DNA of 64,000 nt from Phycisphaerales bacterium (GTDB lineage Bacteria > Planctomycetota > Phycisphaerae > Phycisphaerales > UBA1924): assembly GCA_013360695.1 (NCBI GenBank), contig JABWBC010000001.1, positions 7,684-71,683 on the forward strand, read 5' to 3'. The notes beneath the pieces were generated by a model. That model did not search any database. It saw nothing but the letters and a program-made list of their open reading frames with translations, and was not told the DNA's origin. Shown one piece after another: positions 28,084 through 35,666 of the stretch (the first letter of the stretch is position 1; each line of letters opens with the position of its first letter). Made by a program: the position numbers and the translations under genes.

Positions 28084-30798
28084 TCAGCAGCCGGCGTCGA
28101 AGTAGCTGGCGAAGGCGTCGTAGTCGTCGCCGTTCACGAAGCCGTCGCCGTTGAAGTCGGCGCAACGGTCGGCGATGTCGAAGTAGCTGGCGAAGGCGTC
28201 ATAGTCGTCGCCGTTCACGAAGCCGTCGAGGTTGAAGTCGCCGGGGCAGTAGGCGTCGAAGGCGAAGGCGATGTCGTCGGCGCTGGTCTCGCCGTCGCAG
28301 TTGATGTCGCCGAGCAACCAGCCGCCGCCCACGTTTCCGATGTTGCTGTTGATCGCGCAGCGGTCCATGAGATCGACCACGCCGTCGAGGTTGGCGTCGG
28401 CCTTGGTCGTGCCCATGAGCTCGAGGGCCTTGGTGATGTCAGCGTAGTTGACCTTGAGGTCGCCGCTCACGTCGGCCGAGAGGTCGCGGCCTTCGGCGTC
28501 GCTGGTGTCGTCCCAGTTCAGCTCGGCGTCGCCGAGATCGGCGAACTGAGCGCAGATGTAGTTGAGATCGTTTGCATCGACCACGCCGTCGTGCCCGATC
28601 GGGGCAAAGCCGGGCGTGTGCAGGCCGGCGGCGCTGGACACGTCGGCGGCGGCCAGGCCGTTCACGAACGCCGCGCCCGTGACGGCGGTGGTGCCGAAGA
28701 AGTTGCCGCCGAACGCGACGTCGACGAGGCGGAAGCCTTCGGCGCGGTTGATCTTGCCGGTGGCGGGGTCCTCGGCCAGGCCGTCGGCCCAGTAGCGGAC
28801 GTCGGAGGTGTCGGCGACATAGACCAGATTGGTGTTGTCCCACTTCCGGCCGAAGTTGCCGTCGCCACTAAAATCGCCGAGGACTTCGATGATGGCGTCC
28901 GTACCGGGCGCGCCGGCGATGTCGCCGGAGCCGGCCGGAGCGGTCCAAACGCCCGTACCGTTGCGCTTCTTCCAGGCGGCGATCATGTCGGTCGCGTCGT
29001 TCCAATCACGCTTGGCGTCGCCGTTGAAGTCGCCGGCGATGCGGTTGCGGCTGGTGAGGTTGCCCGCGGCGGTGATCGTCGACCCGCCCTCGCTGGTGAA
29101 ATCCTTCTGATTGCCGTCGGAGTACTTGTCCGTACCGGTGAGGGTCTTGCGGGTCGGAACCTTGCCGTTGAGCGTGGCGGTGCCGAAGGTGTAATAGGCG
29201 GCGTTGGTCAGCGAGTTGTTGGCACGCGAGTAGTCCTGCAGAGCCTGGTTGAAGTTCGGATTGGCGATCAGGTTGAGCGGGTTGGTGGGATCGACGATGT
29301 AGTCGGTCGCCGGCGGGAGGATGAGCTGGAAGGCCAGGAGTTCGCCGGGCATGCCGAAGTTCTCGGGGTCCGAGGGGACCGAGATGAAGGCATCGACCGA
29401 GCGGGTGATGTTGTTGACATAGGCCGCCGCGTTGGCGTTGCGCATCCGCGGGTTGGTGTTGCTCGGGTCGCCGCCGATCTCATTCTGATTGCGGGGATCG
29501 CCGAAGGTCGCGAAGATGGACGGGCCGCCGAGGACGTAGCCGTTGGGGCTGTTGTCGAGCACCTCGTCGATGTTGGGGCGGGAGTACTCGGTGCCGCCGA
29601 GGAGGTCGTTACGGACCGCGAGGACTTCGAGTCGGCCGCCGGTCAGCCAGCCGGAGTTCACGCCGCGTTCCGCGCCGGAATAGCCAATGGCGAGGCGGTG
29701 ATTGGTAGCCGTGGCTTCGACGCCGCCCGAGCCGTTCTTGTTGCCGGGAAGGAAGTCCGGGCCGAGCAGGTTGTTGTTCGAGAGAGTCGACAAACCGCCG
29801 ATGTTCTCGCCGACGCCCCAGGAGGGATCGACGCCGGCGGTGTTGTTGAAGCCGTTGCGAGTGCCGGACCCGGCGTCGCGCGTGACGACCATGAAGTTCT
29901 CGCCGTTCTTGGCGCGGCCGGTGACCAGCATGTGTCGGATGTCGGACTGGTCGGCCTGGCGGACGCCGGTGCCGAGGTTGGTGAGCGCGGCGATGGGCGC
30001 CCAGGCGGTCGCGGTGTCAAAGATGGTGTTCGAATCCGGGCTGCCGACGTTCAGATTCGCGGTGCCGAGGTCGGCCATGGTGTGGTACCACGGATTACCG
30101 CTGCCGTCGAGGTACTGCGTGCCGTCCTTGTTGAGGCCGAAGGCGGGATTGAGGCCGTAGCCGGGCTGGCCGGGAAGCAAGGTCGACCCGGGATTGATGC
30201 CGGTCGCGAACACGGCCCAGACGCTGGGGACGTCGAGCGGGGCGATGTCGATCTGCGTGCCGCCGGTCATGGCGTTGTTGGGCGGGAGATAAGGCGTGGC
30301 GAGGTAGGTGCCCGTCATGTCTGAGCGAACCGGACTCGCGCCGGGGTTGCCCTCGTTGAAGAGACTGACATCGGAGTTGGCGCCGGCGTTGATGTACTGG
30401 GCGCGGTTGGTATACGCGCGCTCGGCGACGTTGGACTTGAGCAGACCCAGGTGGCCGTCCGTCACGAACGTGCGCCCGAAGCTGATCAGCTCCGAAAGTC
30501 CGCGGACCGAGCCGGTGGCGCGGTAGGTGATGACCCAGTACTGGTTCGCCGGATACGGATTCGCGGGGCGGCCCGGGGCCAGCTGCTGGATATCGACGCT
30601 CCCGAGGCTGCCCGCCACGCCATTGCCGTCAACGTCGAGGTAGTCGTGCGATGAAGCGTTGGCCTTGAAGAAGTTCTCCTGGAGCGTCGCCCCGGAGATG
30701 TTGATGACGCGCGGCTGGGCCAAGGCCACGCTGGTGGCCGAGCCCGCAAGGCCTGCGGCGATGAGGCCGACCAGGCGACGATCGATCATGGTCTTCAC
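28084..30798 (-). CDS. Large secreted protein: PBP-like-2 (PstS-type) fold with insertions, multiple Ca-binding loops, and a C-terminal twin dockerin-like module
   Basis: GTG 30798 lies 6 nt after GGAGGA; ATG 30789 is the alternative. Signal peptide VKTMIDRRLVGLIAAGLAGSATSVALAQ. PBP hallmarks: INISGATL, YRATGSVRGL, VVTRDAGSGTRNGF, LAIGYSG. The C-terminal third carries DxNxDG-type loops (GDFNGDAKRD, GDFSGDGNF, ADANLDGVVD, GDINCDGETS). It ends DFNLDGFVNGDDYDAFASYFD-IADRCA-DFNGDGFVNGDDYDAFASYFD-AGC. Confidence 0.75.
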   Translation of the reverse strand: MKTMIDRRLVGLIAAGLAGSATSVALAQPRVINISGATLQENFFKANASSHDYLDVDGNGVAGSLGSVDIQQLAPGRPANPYPANQYWVITYRATGSVRGLSELISFGRTFVTDGHLGLLKSNVAERAYTNRAQYINAGANSDVSLFNEGNPGASPVRSDMTGTYLATPYLPPNNAMTGGTQIDIAPLDVPSVWAVFATGINPGSTLLPGQPGYGLNPAFGLNKDGTQYLDGSGNPWYHTMADLGTANLNVGSPDSNTIFDTATAWAPIAALTNLGTGVRQADQSDIRHMLVTGRAKNGENFMVVTRDAGSGTRNGFNNTAGVDPSWGVGENIGGLSTLSNNNLLGPDFLPGNKNGSGGVEATATNHRLAIGYSGAERGVNSGWLTGGRLEVLAVRNDLLGGTEYSRPNIDEVLDNSPNGYVLGGPSIFATFGDPRNQNEIGGDPSNTNPRMRNANAAAYVNNITRSVDAFISVPSDPENFGMPGELLAFQLILPPATDYIVDPTNPLNLIANPNFNQALQDYSRANNSLTNAAYYTFGTATLNGKVPTRKTLTGTDKYSDGNQKDFTSEGGSTITAAGNLTSRNRIAGDFNGDAKRDWNDATDMIAAWKKRNGTGVWTAPAGSGDIAGAPGTDAIIEVLGDFSGDGNFGRKWDNTNLVYVADTSDVRYWADGLAEDPATGKINRAEGFRLVDVAFGGNFFGTTAVTGAAFVNGLAAADVSSAAGLHTPGFAPIGHDGVVDANDLNYICAQFADLGDAELNWDDTSDAEGRDLSADVSGDLKVNYADITKALELMGTTKADANLDGVVDLMDRCAINSNIGNVGGGWLLGDINCDGETSADDIAFAFDAYCPGDFNLDGFVNGDDYDAFASYFDIADRCADFNGDGFVNGDDYDAFASYFDAGC
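28096..28239 (-). repeat. Twin 21-codon dockerin-like repeat, copy set 2
   Basis: Two near-identical 63-nt units (GTCGAAGTAGCTGGCGAAGGCGTC[G/A]TAGTCGTCGCCGTTCACGAAGCCGTC... on the plus strand), separated by 18 nt. Confidence 0.85.
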
Positions 30799-31026
30799 GT
30801 TCAATCCTCCAAGGGTGAGCAAGCCATCTCTCGCGCGCACCGACAGCCACGAAGCTCTCGGGCCGCTTCCTTCGCGGGCGTTTGCCCGCCTCGAACAAAC
30901 CGCACCTCGATGCAAGACACTCTAACGGGCGTCCCCGTGGAGAGTGTCAGAATTGCGCGATGAGTGGATCAATGTCGCCGCAACGCACACATGGCGACGT
31001 GGGTTCTCTCCCTCCACCAACGCGCG

Positions 31027-32040
31027 TCAGTCCTTGACCCGATTGTCACCTGTCAGGCTGTAGACCCGGTCACCCCAGAGCCGCTTTTCGATCGTGTCCC
31101 AAACGTTCTTGGAATCAACGTGCCCGTCGCAGAAGACAAAGTTGACGTTTCCGCCGTACTTCCCTCCGCCGCCCTGATGGTGACGCCCGACGGCGTTTAG
31201 GATTGAACTGGGATCGTCAATGAGGTGCGCCGCGCCTTGCGTGCCTTCGCGGATCTCATCCTCGGTGGGATAGCGGAATCGCTTGGTGCCGTTGGTGGGT
31301 TCGCTGTAGACATCGGCGCCCGCGGAGATGCCGACGAAGGGCTGGACGGGGCGATGGCTCTTGATTTTCTGCTCGTCGCGGGCCGCCAGGGATGTCCAGT
31401 TGTCGTAATGGGCGAACTCGGTCGCGAGAATGGTGCCGGCAGCTCCGCGTGTGGCGCCGTCGACCATGGCGGGATTCACAAACTGGTTCTTCCTCCGGAA
31501 ACCTACATTGAACTTGTTTCGGCTGAAGATCGCGTCGTTTCCGGTGAACGCCATGCGGGCCGCCTGACGGTCCATCGGAAGGCCGGACGGGGACGAGTCA
31601 CCCAGGTCGTTGACCTGCCCCGACTCCCAGTGCTCGATGTTCGGACCTGGATTCGTGCGAGGGGCGCCGCCCTTGGGGAGCGTCGGGCAGGTAAAGGCGT
31701 CTTCGGCCAGGCCGTTTCCCGAGCCTTTCAGAAGGGCCCACGACCAGTGGACATAGCCGTTTCCCTTGGTCGGGTTTTCCTCTTGCTGATCCGACAGTTT
31801 CCAGGAATCGCCTTCCTGCGAATCCGCGTAGGCGTAGGCCAGCGGAAAGTAGCGGTTGTCGACCGTGTACTGCGTCACCGCCATCCCGACGTTCCGGAGA
31901 TTCGCGGCGCACTTGATCGCCCGAGCGCTCGCGCGTGCTTTGCCCAGCGATGGCAGCAGAATGCCGATCAAGAGCGCGATGATCGCAATCACGACCAGAA
32001 GCTCGATCAGGGTGAAACCGGCGGCCTTGCCCTTGCGCAT
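31027..32040 (-). CDS. Prepilin-type N-terminal cleavage/methylation domain protein, DUF1559-like
   Basis: Trimmed to ATG 32040 (GGGAGAGGA upstream). [28 protein letters not shown] leader. The C-terminal [11 protein letters not shown] is the DG end of the H-X9-DG motif, with Y rather than H at the -10 position. Confidence 0.8.
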   Translation of the reverse strand: MRKGKAAGFTLIELLVVIAIIALLIGILLPSLGKARASARAIKCAANLRNVGMAVTQYTVDNRYFPLAYAYADSQEGDSWKLSDQQEENPTKGNGYVHWSWALLKGSGNGLAEDAFTCPTLPKGGAPRTNPGPNIEHWESGQVNDLGDSSPSGLPMDRQAARMAFTGNDAIFSRNKFNVGFRRKNQFVNPAMVDGATRGAAGTILATEFAHYDNWTSLAARDEQKIKSHRPVQPFVGISAGADVYSEPTNGTKRFRYPTEDEIREGTQGAAHLIDDPSSILNAVGRHHQGGGGKYGGNVNFVFCDGHVDSKNVWDTIEKRLWGDRVYSLTGDNRVKD

Positions 32041-32340
32041 GTCGTCCTCTCCCGAGTAGCTCGCTTTGGGAGCCGCGACCACGCCGCGAGTTCCCATTCG
32101 ATGACGGGAAGAGGCTAAAGCGGACGCCGGCGCGGACTGCTAAGACCTCGCCGTCTTTGCTTCAAGGCTCGGTCAAGGGATTGTGAAATCGCGCAAACCG
32201 GCGGGCAGGCCAGGAGCCCGGCCGCGCCGATCTCCGCGGCCATGGCCCTCGCCACACGGGTTCGGGGGGCGCGCTATCATCTTGGTTTGTGCCGGGGCAG
32301 CGCGTGTCGCCCCGCCCGCCCGAAGCCGCAGGAGTGACGG

Positions 32341-33375
32341 ATGCCGGCGTTTGAGTTGCCGACGGTTGATTTCAGCAAGCCCCTTCCGAGCCGGGAGGGG
32401 TCGCGCCTCATCCAGTTTCGCGAGGCGCTACGCGAAGCGATGACCGAAGAGATGCGCCGCGACCCGCGCGTCTTCCTCATGGGCGAGGAAGTCGCCGAGT
32501 ATCACGGCGCGTACAAGGTCTCGCAGGGGATGCTCGAAGAGTTCGGGCCCAAGCGGATCATCGACTCGCCGATCTCCGAGAACGGCTTTGCGGGCATGGC
32601 CGTGGGCGCCGCGATGTACGGCCTGCGCCCCATCATCGAGTTCATGTCGTGGTCGTTCTCGCTGGTCGCGGCCGACCCGATCCTCAACAACGTCCCCAAG
32701 ATGCTCTACATGTCCGGCGGCCAGTGGGGCTGCCCGGTCGTCTTCCGCGGCAACGATGGCGCCGGCGGACAGCTCGGCTCCACCCACTCCTGGTGCGTCG
32801 AAGGGCTCTACGCCAATGTCCCGGGCGTCAAGATCGTCATCCCAAGCAACCCCTACGACGCCAAAGGCCTGCTCAAGACCGCCATCCGCGACGACGATCC
32901 CGTCTTCTTCCTTGAGTCGGAGCGCATGCTGGGAGACAAGGCCCACGTGCCCGAGGAGGAGTACTACATCCCCTTCGGCCAAGCGCGCGTCGCGCGAGAG
33001 GGCGACGATTGCACGCTCGTTTCGTTCGGGCGTCCCGTGAACTTTTGCCTCGAGGCCGCCGCGGAGCTTGAGAAGGACGGCATCAGCGTCGACGTGCTGG
33101 ACATGCGGACCATTCGCCCGCTGGACATCGACTCGATCCTGGCGAGCGTGCGCAAGACCAACAGGCTGGTCGTGGTCGATCAATGCTGGCCGTTCGCCAG
33201 CATCGCCAGCGAAGTGGTGACGCAGGTGTGCGAGCGCGGCTTTGACTGGCTGGACACGCCGCCCGTCCGTGTCAACACCGAGGACGTTCCCACCCCCTAC
33301 GCCAAGGGGCTGGAGTACGCGTACCTGCCAAACAAGGAGAAGATCGTGGCGGCGGTGAGGAAGACTATTGGCTGA
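32341..33375 (+). CDS. pdhB: Pyruvate (2-oxoacid) dehydrogenase E1 component, beta subunit
   Basis: AGGAG RBS. VFLMGEEVAEYHGAYKVSQG, IIDSPISENGFAGMAVGAA, and a C-terminal transketolase-like domain. 344 aa. Confidence 0.9.
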   Translation: MPAFELPTVDFSKPLPSREGSRLIQFREALREAMTEEMRRDPRVFLMGEEVAEYHGAYKVSQGMLEEFGPKRIIDSPISENGFAGMAVGAAMYGLRPIIEFMSWSFSLVAADPILNNVPKMLYMSGGQWGCPVVFRGNDGAGGQLGSTHSWCVEGLYANVPGVKIVIPSNPYDAKGLLKTAIRDDDPVFFLESERMLGDKAHVPEEEYYIPFGQARVAREGDDCTLVSFGRPVNFCLEAAAELEKDGISVDVLDMRTIRPLDIDSILASVRKTNRLVVVDQCWPFASIASEVVTQVCERGFDWLDTPPVRVNTEDVPTPYAKGLEYAYLPNKEKIVAAVRKTIG

Positions 33376-33376
33376 T

Positions 33377-33820
33377 ATGCCACGCATCACGTGCGTGCCG
33401 GGGTTCGATCCACTTCACGACTTCGAGCTCTACGCGTTCGCGGTGAACCTCGCCGAAAGCAAGGTTTGGCTCTTCATGGAAGGACACGTGGTTCGCGATG
33501 TGTCTAAGAAGGACTGGGCCACGGACCTGGTCTTTCTCGAGGCCGAGTTCACGGGAGTTTGGGGCTTTGAGTGCCGAGAACCACAATTCGGGCAACCAAA
33601 CGTGTTTTCCGGGATGTACGATCTGAGCGTCGCCGAGGCGAAGATGCACGAGATCACCAGCAAATTTGCGGCAGAGCTAGACCCCAATTCGGAACGCTTC
33701 CCCAGTGACAGCACAGTTCGTATCTGGGTGCTCGAGTCTTGCATGGGAATGGACGCGATGATCGCTGCGTCAGCCGTTCGATTTTCGGAGCGATCTGATC
33801 GATGGACCGCAAGAGATTGA
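33377..33820 (+). CDS. Hypothetical 147-aa protein inserted between pdhB and pdhC
   Basis: ATG lies 1 nt after the pdhB stop. MPRITCVPGFDPLHDFELYAFAVNLAESKVWLFMEGHVV... has globular-looking composition. GC3 is atypically low: about 47 of 147 codons end in A/T by hand count. I recognised no family. Confidence 0.5.
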   Translation: MPRITCVPGFDPLHDFELYAFAVNLAESKVWLFMEGHVVRDVSKKDWATDLVFLEAEFTGVWGFECREPQFGQPNVFSGMYDLSVAEAKMHEITSKFAAELDPNSERFPSDSTVRIWVLESCMGMDAMIAASAVRFSERSDRWTARD

Positions 33821-33875
33821 ATTGGACCGCGACTCCCCGAAGCGGAGCGCGGAAACGAAAGTTTAGAGGGTCTCC

Positions 33876-35180
33876 ATGGCAATCGAAATCTCCATGCCCC
33901 GCCTGTCCGACACCATGCAGCAGGGCACCATCGTCAAGTGGAACGTCAGGGAAGGCCAGGCGATCAAGAGCGGCGACGTCATCGCCGACATCGAGACCGA
34001 CAAAGCCACCATGGAGCTCCAGTCGTTCGACGACGGCACGGTCGCTCGTCTGGGCGTCGCCGAGGGGCAGACCGTGCCCGTCGGAACGGTCATTCTGGTG
34101 CTCGCCGGCAAGGGTGAGGACGCCGCGGCGATCAAGTCGGGCGGCGGCGCCTCGGCCGCACCCGCCGCCAAGGCGGTGGTGAACGCGGTCTCCAATGCCC
34201 CCAGCGCCCCGGCGTCCACGGCGACCATGGAGAGCGACGAGACGGTCGATTCCAACGGCGCACGCGTCTTCATCTCTCCGCTCGCCAAGAAGATCGCCCG
34301 CGAGTCGGGCATCGATCTTGCCTCGGTTCAGGGGAGCGGGCCGGGAGGGCGGATCGTGCGACGCGATGTTGAGGCCGCCATCAGCGGATCAACGCTGCGA
34401 CCCGCGCCCGCGAGCGCGGCTCCAGTCGCAAAGGCCACGCCGGTCGTCAGCTCCTCGGGCACCAAGCTCTCGGGCGAGATCGTCTCCCTCTCCAACATGC
34501 GGCGCACCATCGCGCGGCGTTTGGTCGAGAGCAAGACGACCATCCCCCACTACCAGGTCACGATCGAAGTGGCGATGGACGCGCTCGTCGATCTTCGCAA
34601 GCAGCTCAACGAGCAGCTCGAAACGCAGGGCGTGAAGCTCTCGGTCAATGACTTCCTCGTGCGGGCGTGCGCCCTTGCGATGCACAAGCATCCGTACGTG
34701 AACAGCCGCTGGGTCGGCAACACGGGGAGCGAGAACATCGAGCTGCTCGCCAACGTCAACGTCGGCATCGCCATCGCGCTCGACGAGTCAAAGGGCGGTG
34801 GGCTGGTCGTCGCGACACTGCGCGACGCCGATCAGATCGGTCTGCGCCAGATTTCGGCCCAGTCCAGGGCCCTGGCCGACAAGGCGCGGACCAAGGGGCT
34901 GACGATCGAGGAAATGGCCGACGCGACGTTCACCATCAGCAATCTCGGGATGTACGGCGTGGATCATTTCACGGCGATCATCAACCCGCCGAACGTGGCG
35001 ATCCTGGCCGTGGGCGCGGCGATCCAGAAGCCCGTGGTGCGTGGCGATCAGGTCGTGCCGGGCTGGGTGATGTCGATGACGATGTCGAGCGACCATCGCG
35101 TGGTGGACGGGGCGATGGCCGCGGCGTATCTGAACAGCGTCAAGACGCTCTTGGAGAAGCCGGCGACGTTGCTGGTGTGA
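33876..35180 (+). CDS. pdhC: Dihydrolipoamide acetyltransferase (E2)
   Basis: Lipoyl domain IADIETDKATMEL, peripheral subunit-binding domain ISPLAKKIARESGIDL..V.GSGPGGRIV, and catalytic SSDHRVVDGA. Confidence 0.9.
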   Translation: MAIEISMPRLSDTMQQGTIVKWNVREGQAIKSGDVIADIETDKATMELQSFDDGTVARLGVAEGQTVPVGTVILVLAGKGEDAAAIKSGGGASAAPAAKAVVNAVSNAPSAPASTATMESDETVDSNGARVFISPLAKKIARESGIDLASVQGSGPGGRIVRRDVEAAISGSTLRPAPASAAPVAKATPVVSSSGTKLSGEIVSLSNMRRTIARRLVESKTTIPHYQVTIEVAMDALVDLRKQLNEQLETQGVKLSVNDFLVRACALAMHKHPYVNSRWVGNTGSENIELLANVNVGIAIALDESKGGGLVVATLRDADQIGLRQISAQSRALADKARTKGLTIEEMADATFTISNLGMYGVDHFTAIINPPNVAILAVGAAIQKPVVRGDQVVPGWVMSMTMSSDHRVVDGAMAAAYLNSVKTLLEKPATLLV

Positions 35181-35250
35181 TCATGTCGCCGCGGCCGGCC
35201 GCGACGTTCGTTGCGGTTGCTCGTCGTCTTCGTTCGAAGATCGGCCGATC

Positions 35251-35616
35251 TCACGACCGTTCGTGCGTGTCGCCGCGCTCGGCGATCCGAACCCCCCGAA
35301 GCTGGATCTCGCCCATCACCGCGGTCGCCACGCCCAGAATGGCAAGCACCGTGCCGAGAACCGGTTGCGCGTAGTACGACCGCGCGAGCAAACCCAGGCC
35401 GATGAGCCCGACGCCCGACACGAGGCGGCTCCACCCGATCGCAAGAAACGCCGACACGAGGATGAGCCCCAACAGCGAGCCGGCGAACAGGGGCGCCAGC
35501 TTGAGGTACCACCACACGAAGCCGATCAGCCCGATCTCGATCGCGAGCGACATCACCTGCTCGCCACGCGGCACACGAAAGACCCCGCCGCTTTCCTTCG
35601 GCATCGCCGCCTCCAA
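35251..35616 (-). CDS. Small integral membrane protein (3-4 TM), unknown function
   Basis: Hydrophobic helices LAIEIGLIGFVWWYL, LFAGSLLGLILVSAFLAIGW, GVGLIGLGLLA, VLGTVLAILGVATAVMG. The start is ambiguous (M1, M5 or M22). Confidence 0.45.
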   Translation of the reverse strand: MEAAMPKESGGVFRVPRGEQVMSLAIEIGLIGFVWWYLKLAPLFAGSLLGLILVSAFLAIGWSRLVSGVGLIGLGLLARSYYAQPVLGTVLAILGVATAVMGEIQLRGVRIAERGDTHERS

Positions 35617-35666
35617 TTCTCGCGCTCCAGCCTATCACGCCTACACAATCGCGGCACGCGCAGGTT

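Noticed and set aside
27874-30324. 816-aa plus-strand ORF antisense to the PBP/dockerin gene. Similar long antisense or out-of-frame ORFs include 7940..9679(-), 9691..12114(-), 17046..18206(+), 24191..25819(+), 41237..43018(+), 56617..58545(-) and 62062..63174(+).
   Set aside because: This is the typical high-G+C mirror-frame artefact. Composition is monotonous (G/A/V/R/D/E), no motifs are present, and each is fully overlapped by a frame with clear family signatures.
33395-33415. GGTTCGATCC, a tRNA T-loop-like string, raised the possibility of a tRNA or att-site remnant at the pdhB/pdhC insertion.
   Set aside because: The flanking bases do not form a T-stem (CCGGG versus CCACT). I could fold no acceptor or anticodon arms, and the string lies inside the open reading frame.
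35185-35205. CGCGGCCGGCCGCG palindrome after pdhC, considered as a terminator.
   Set aside because: As a perfect palindrome it has essentially no loop, and only a weak T-content follows. I could not support it as an intrinsic terminator.
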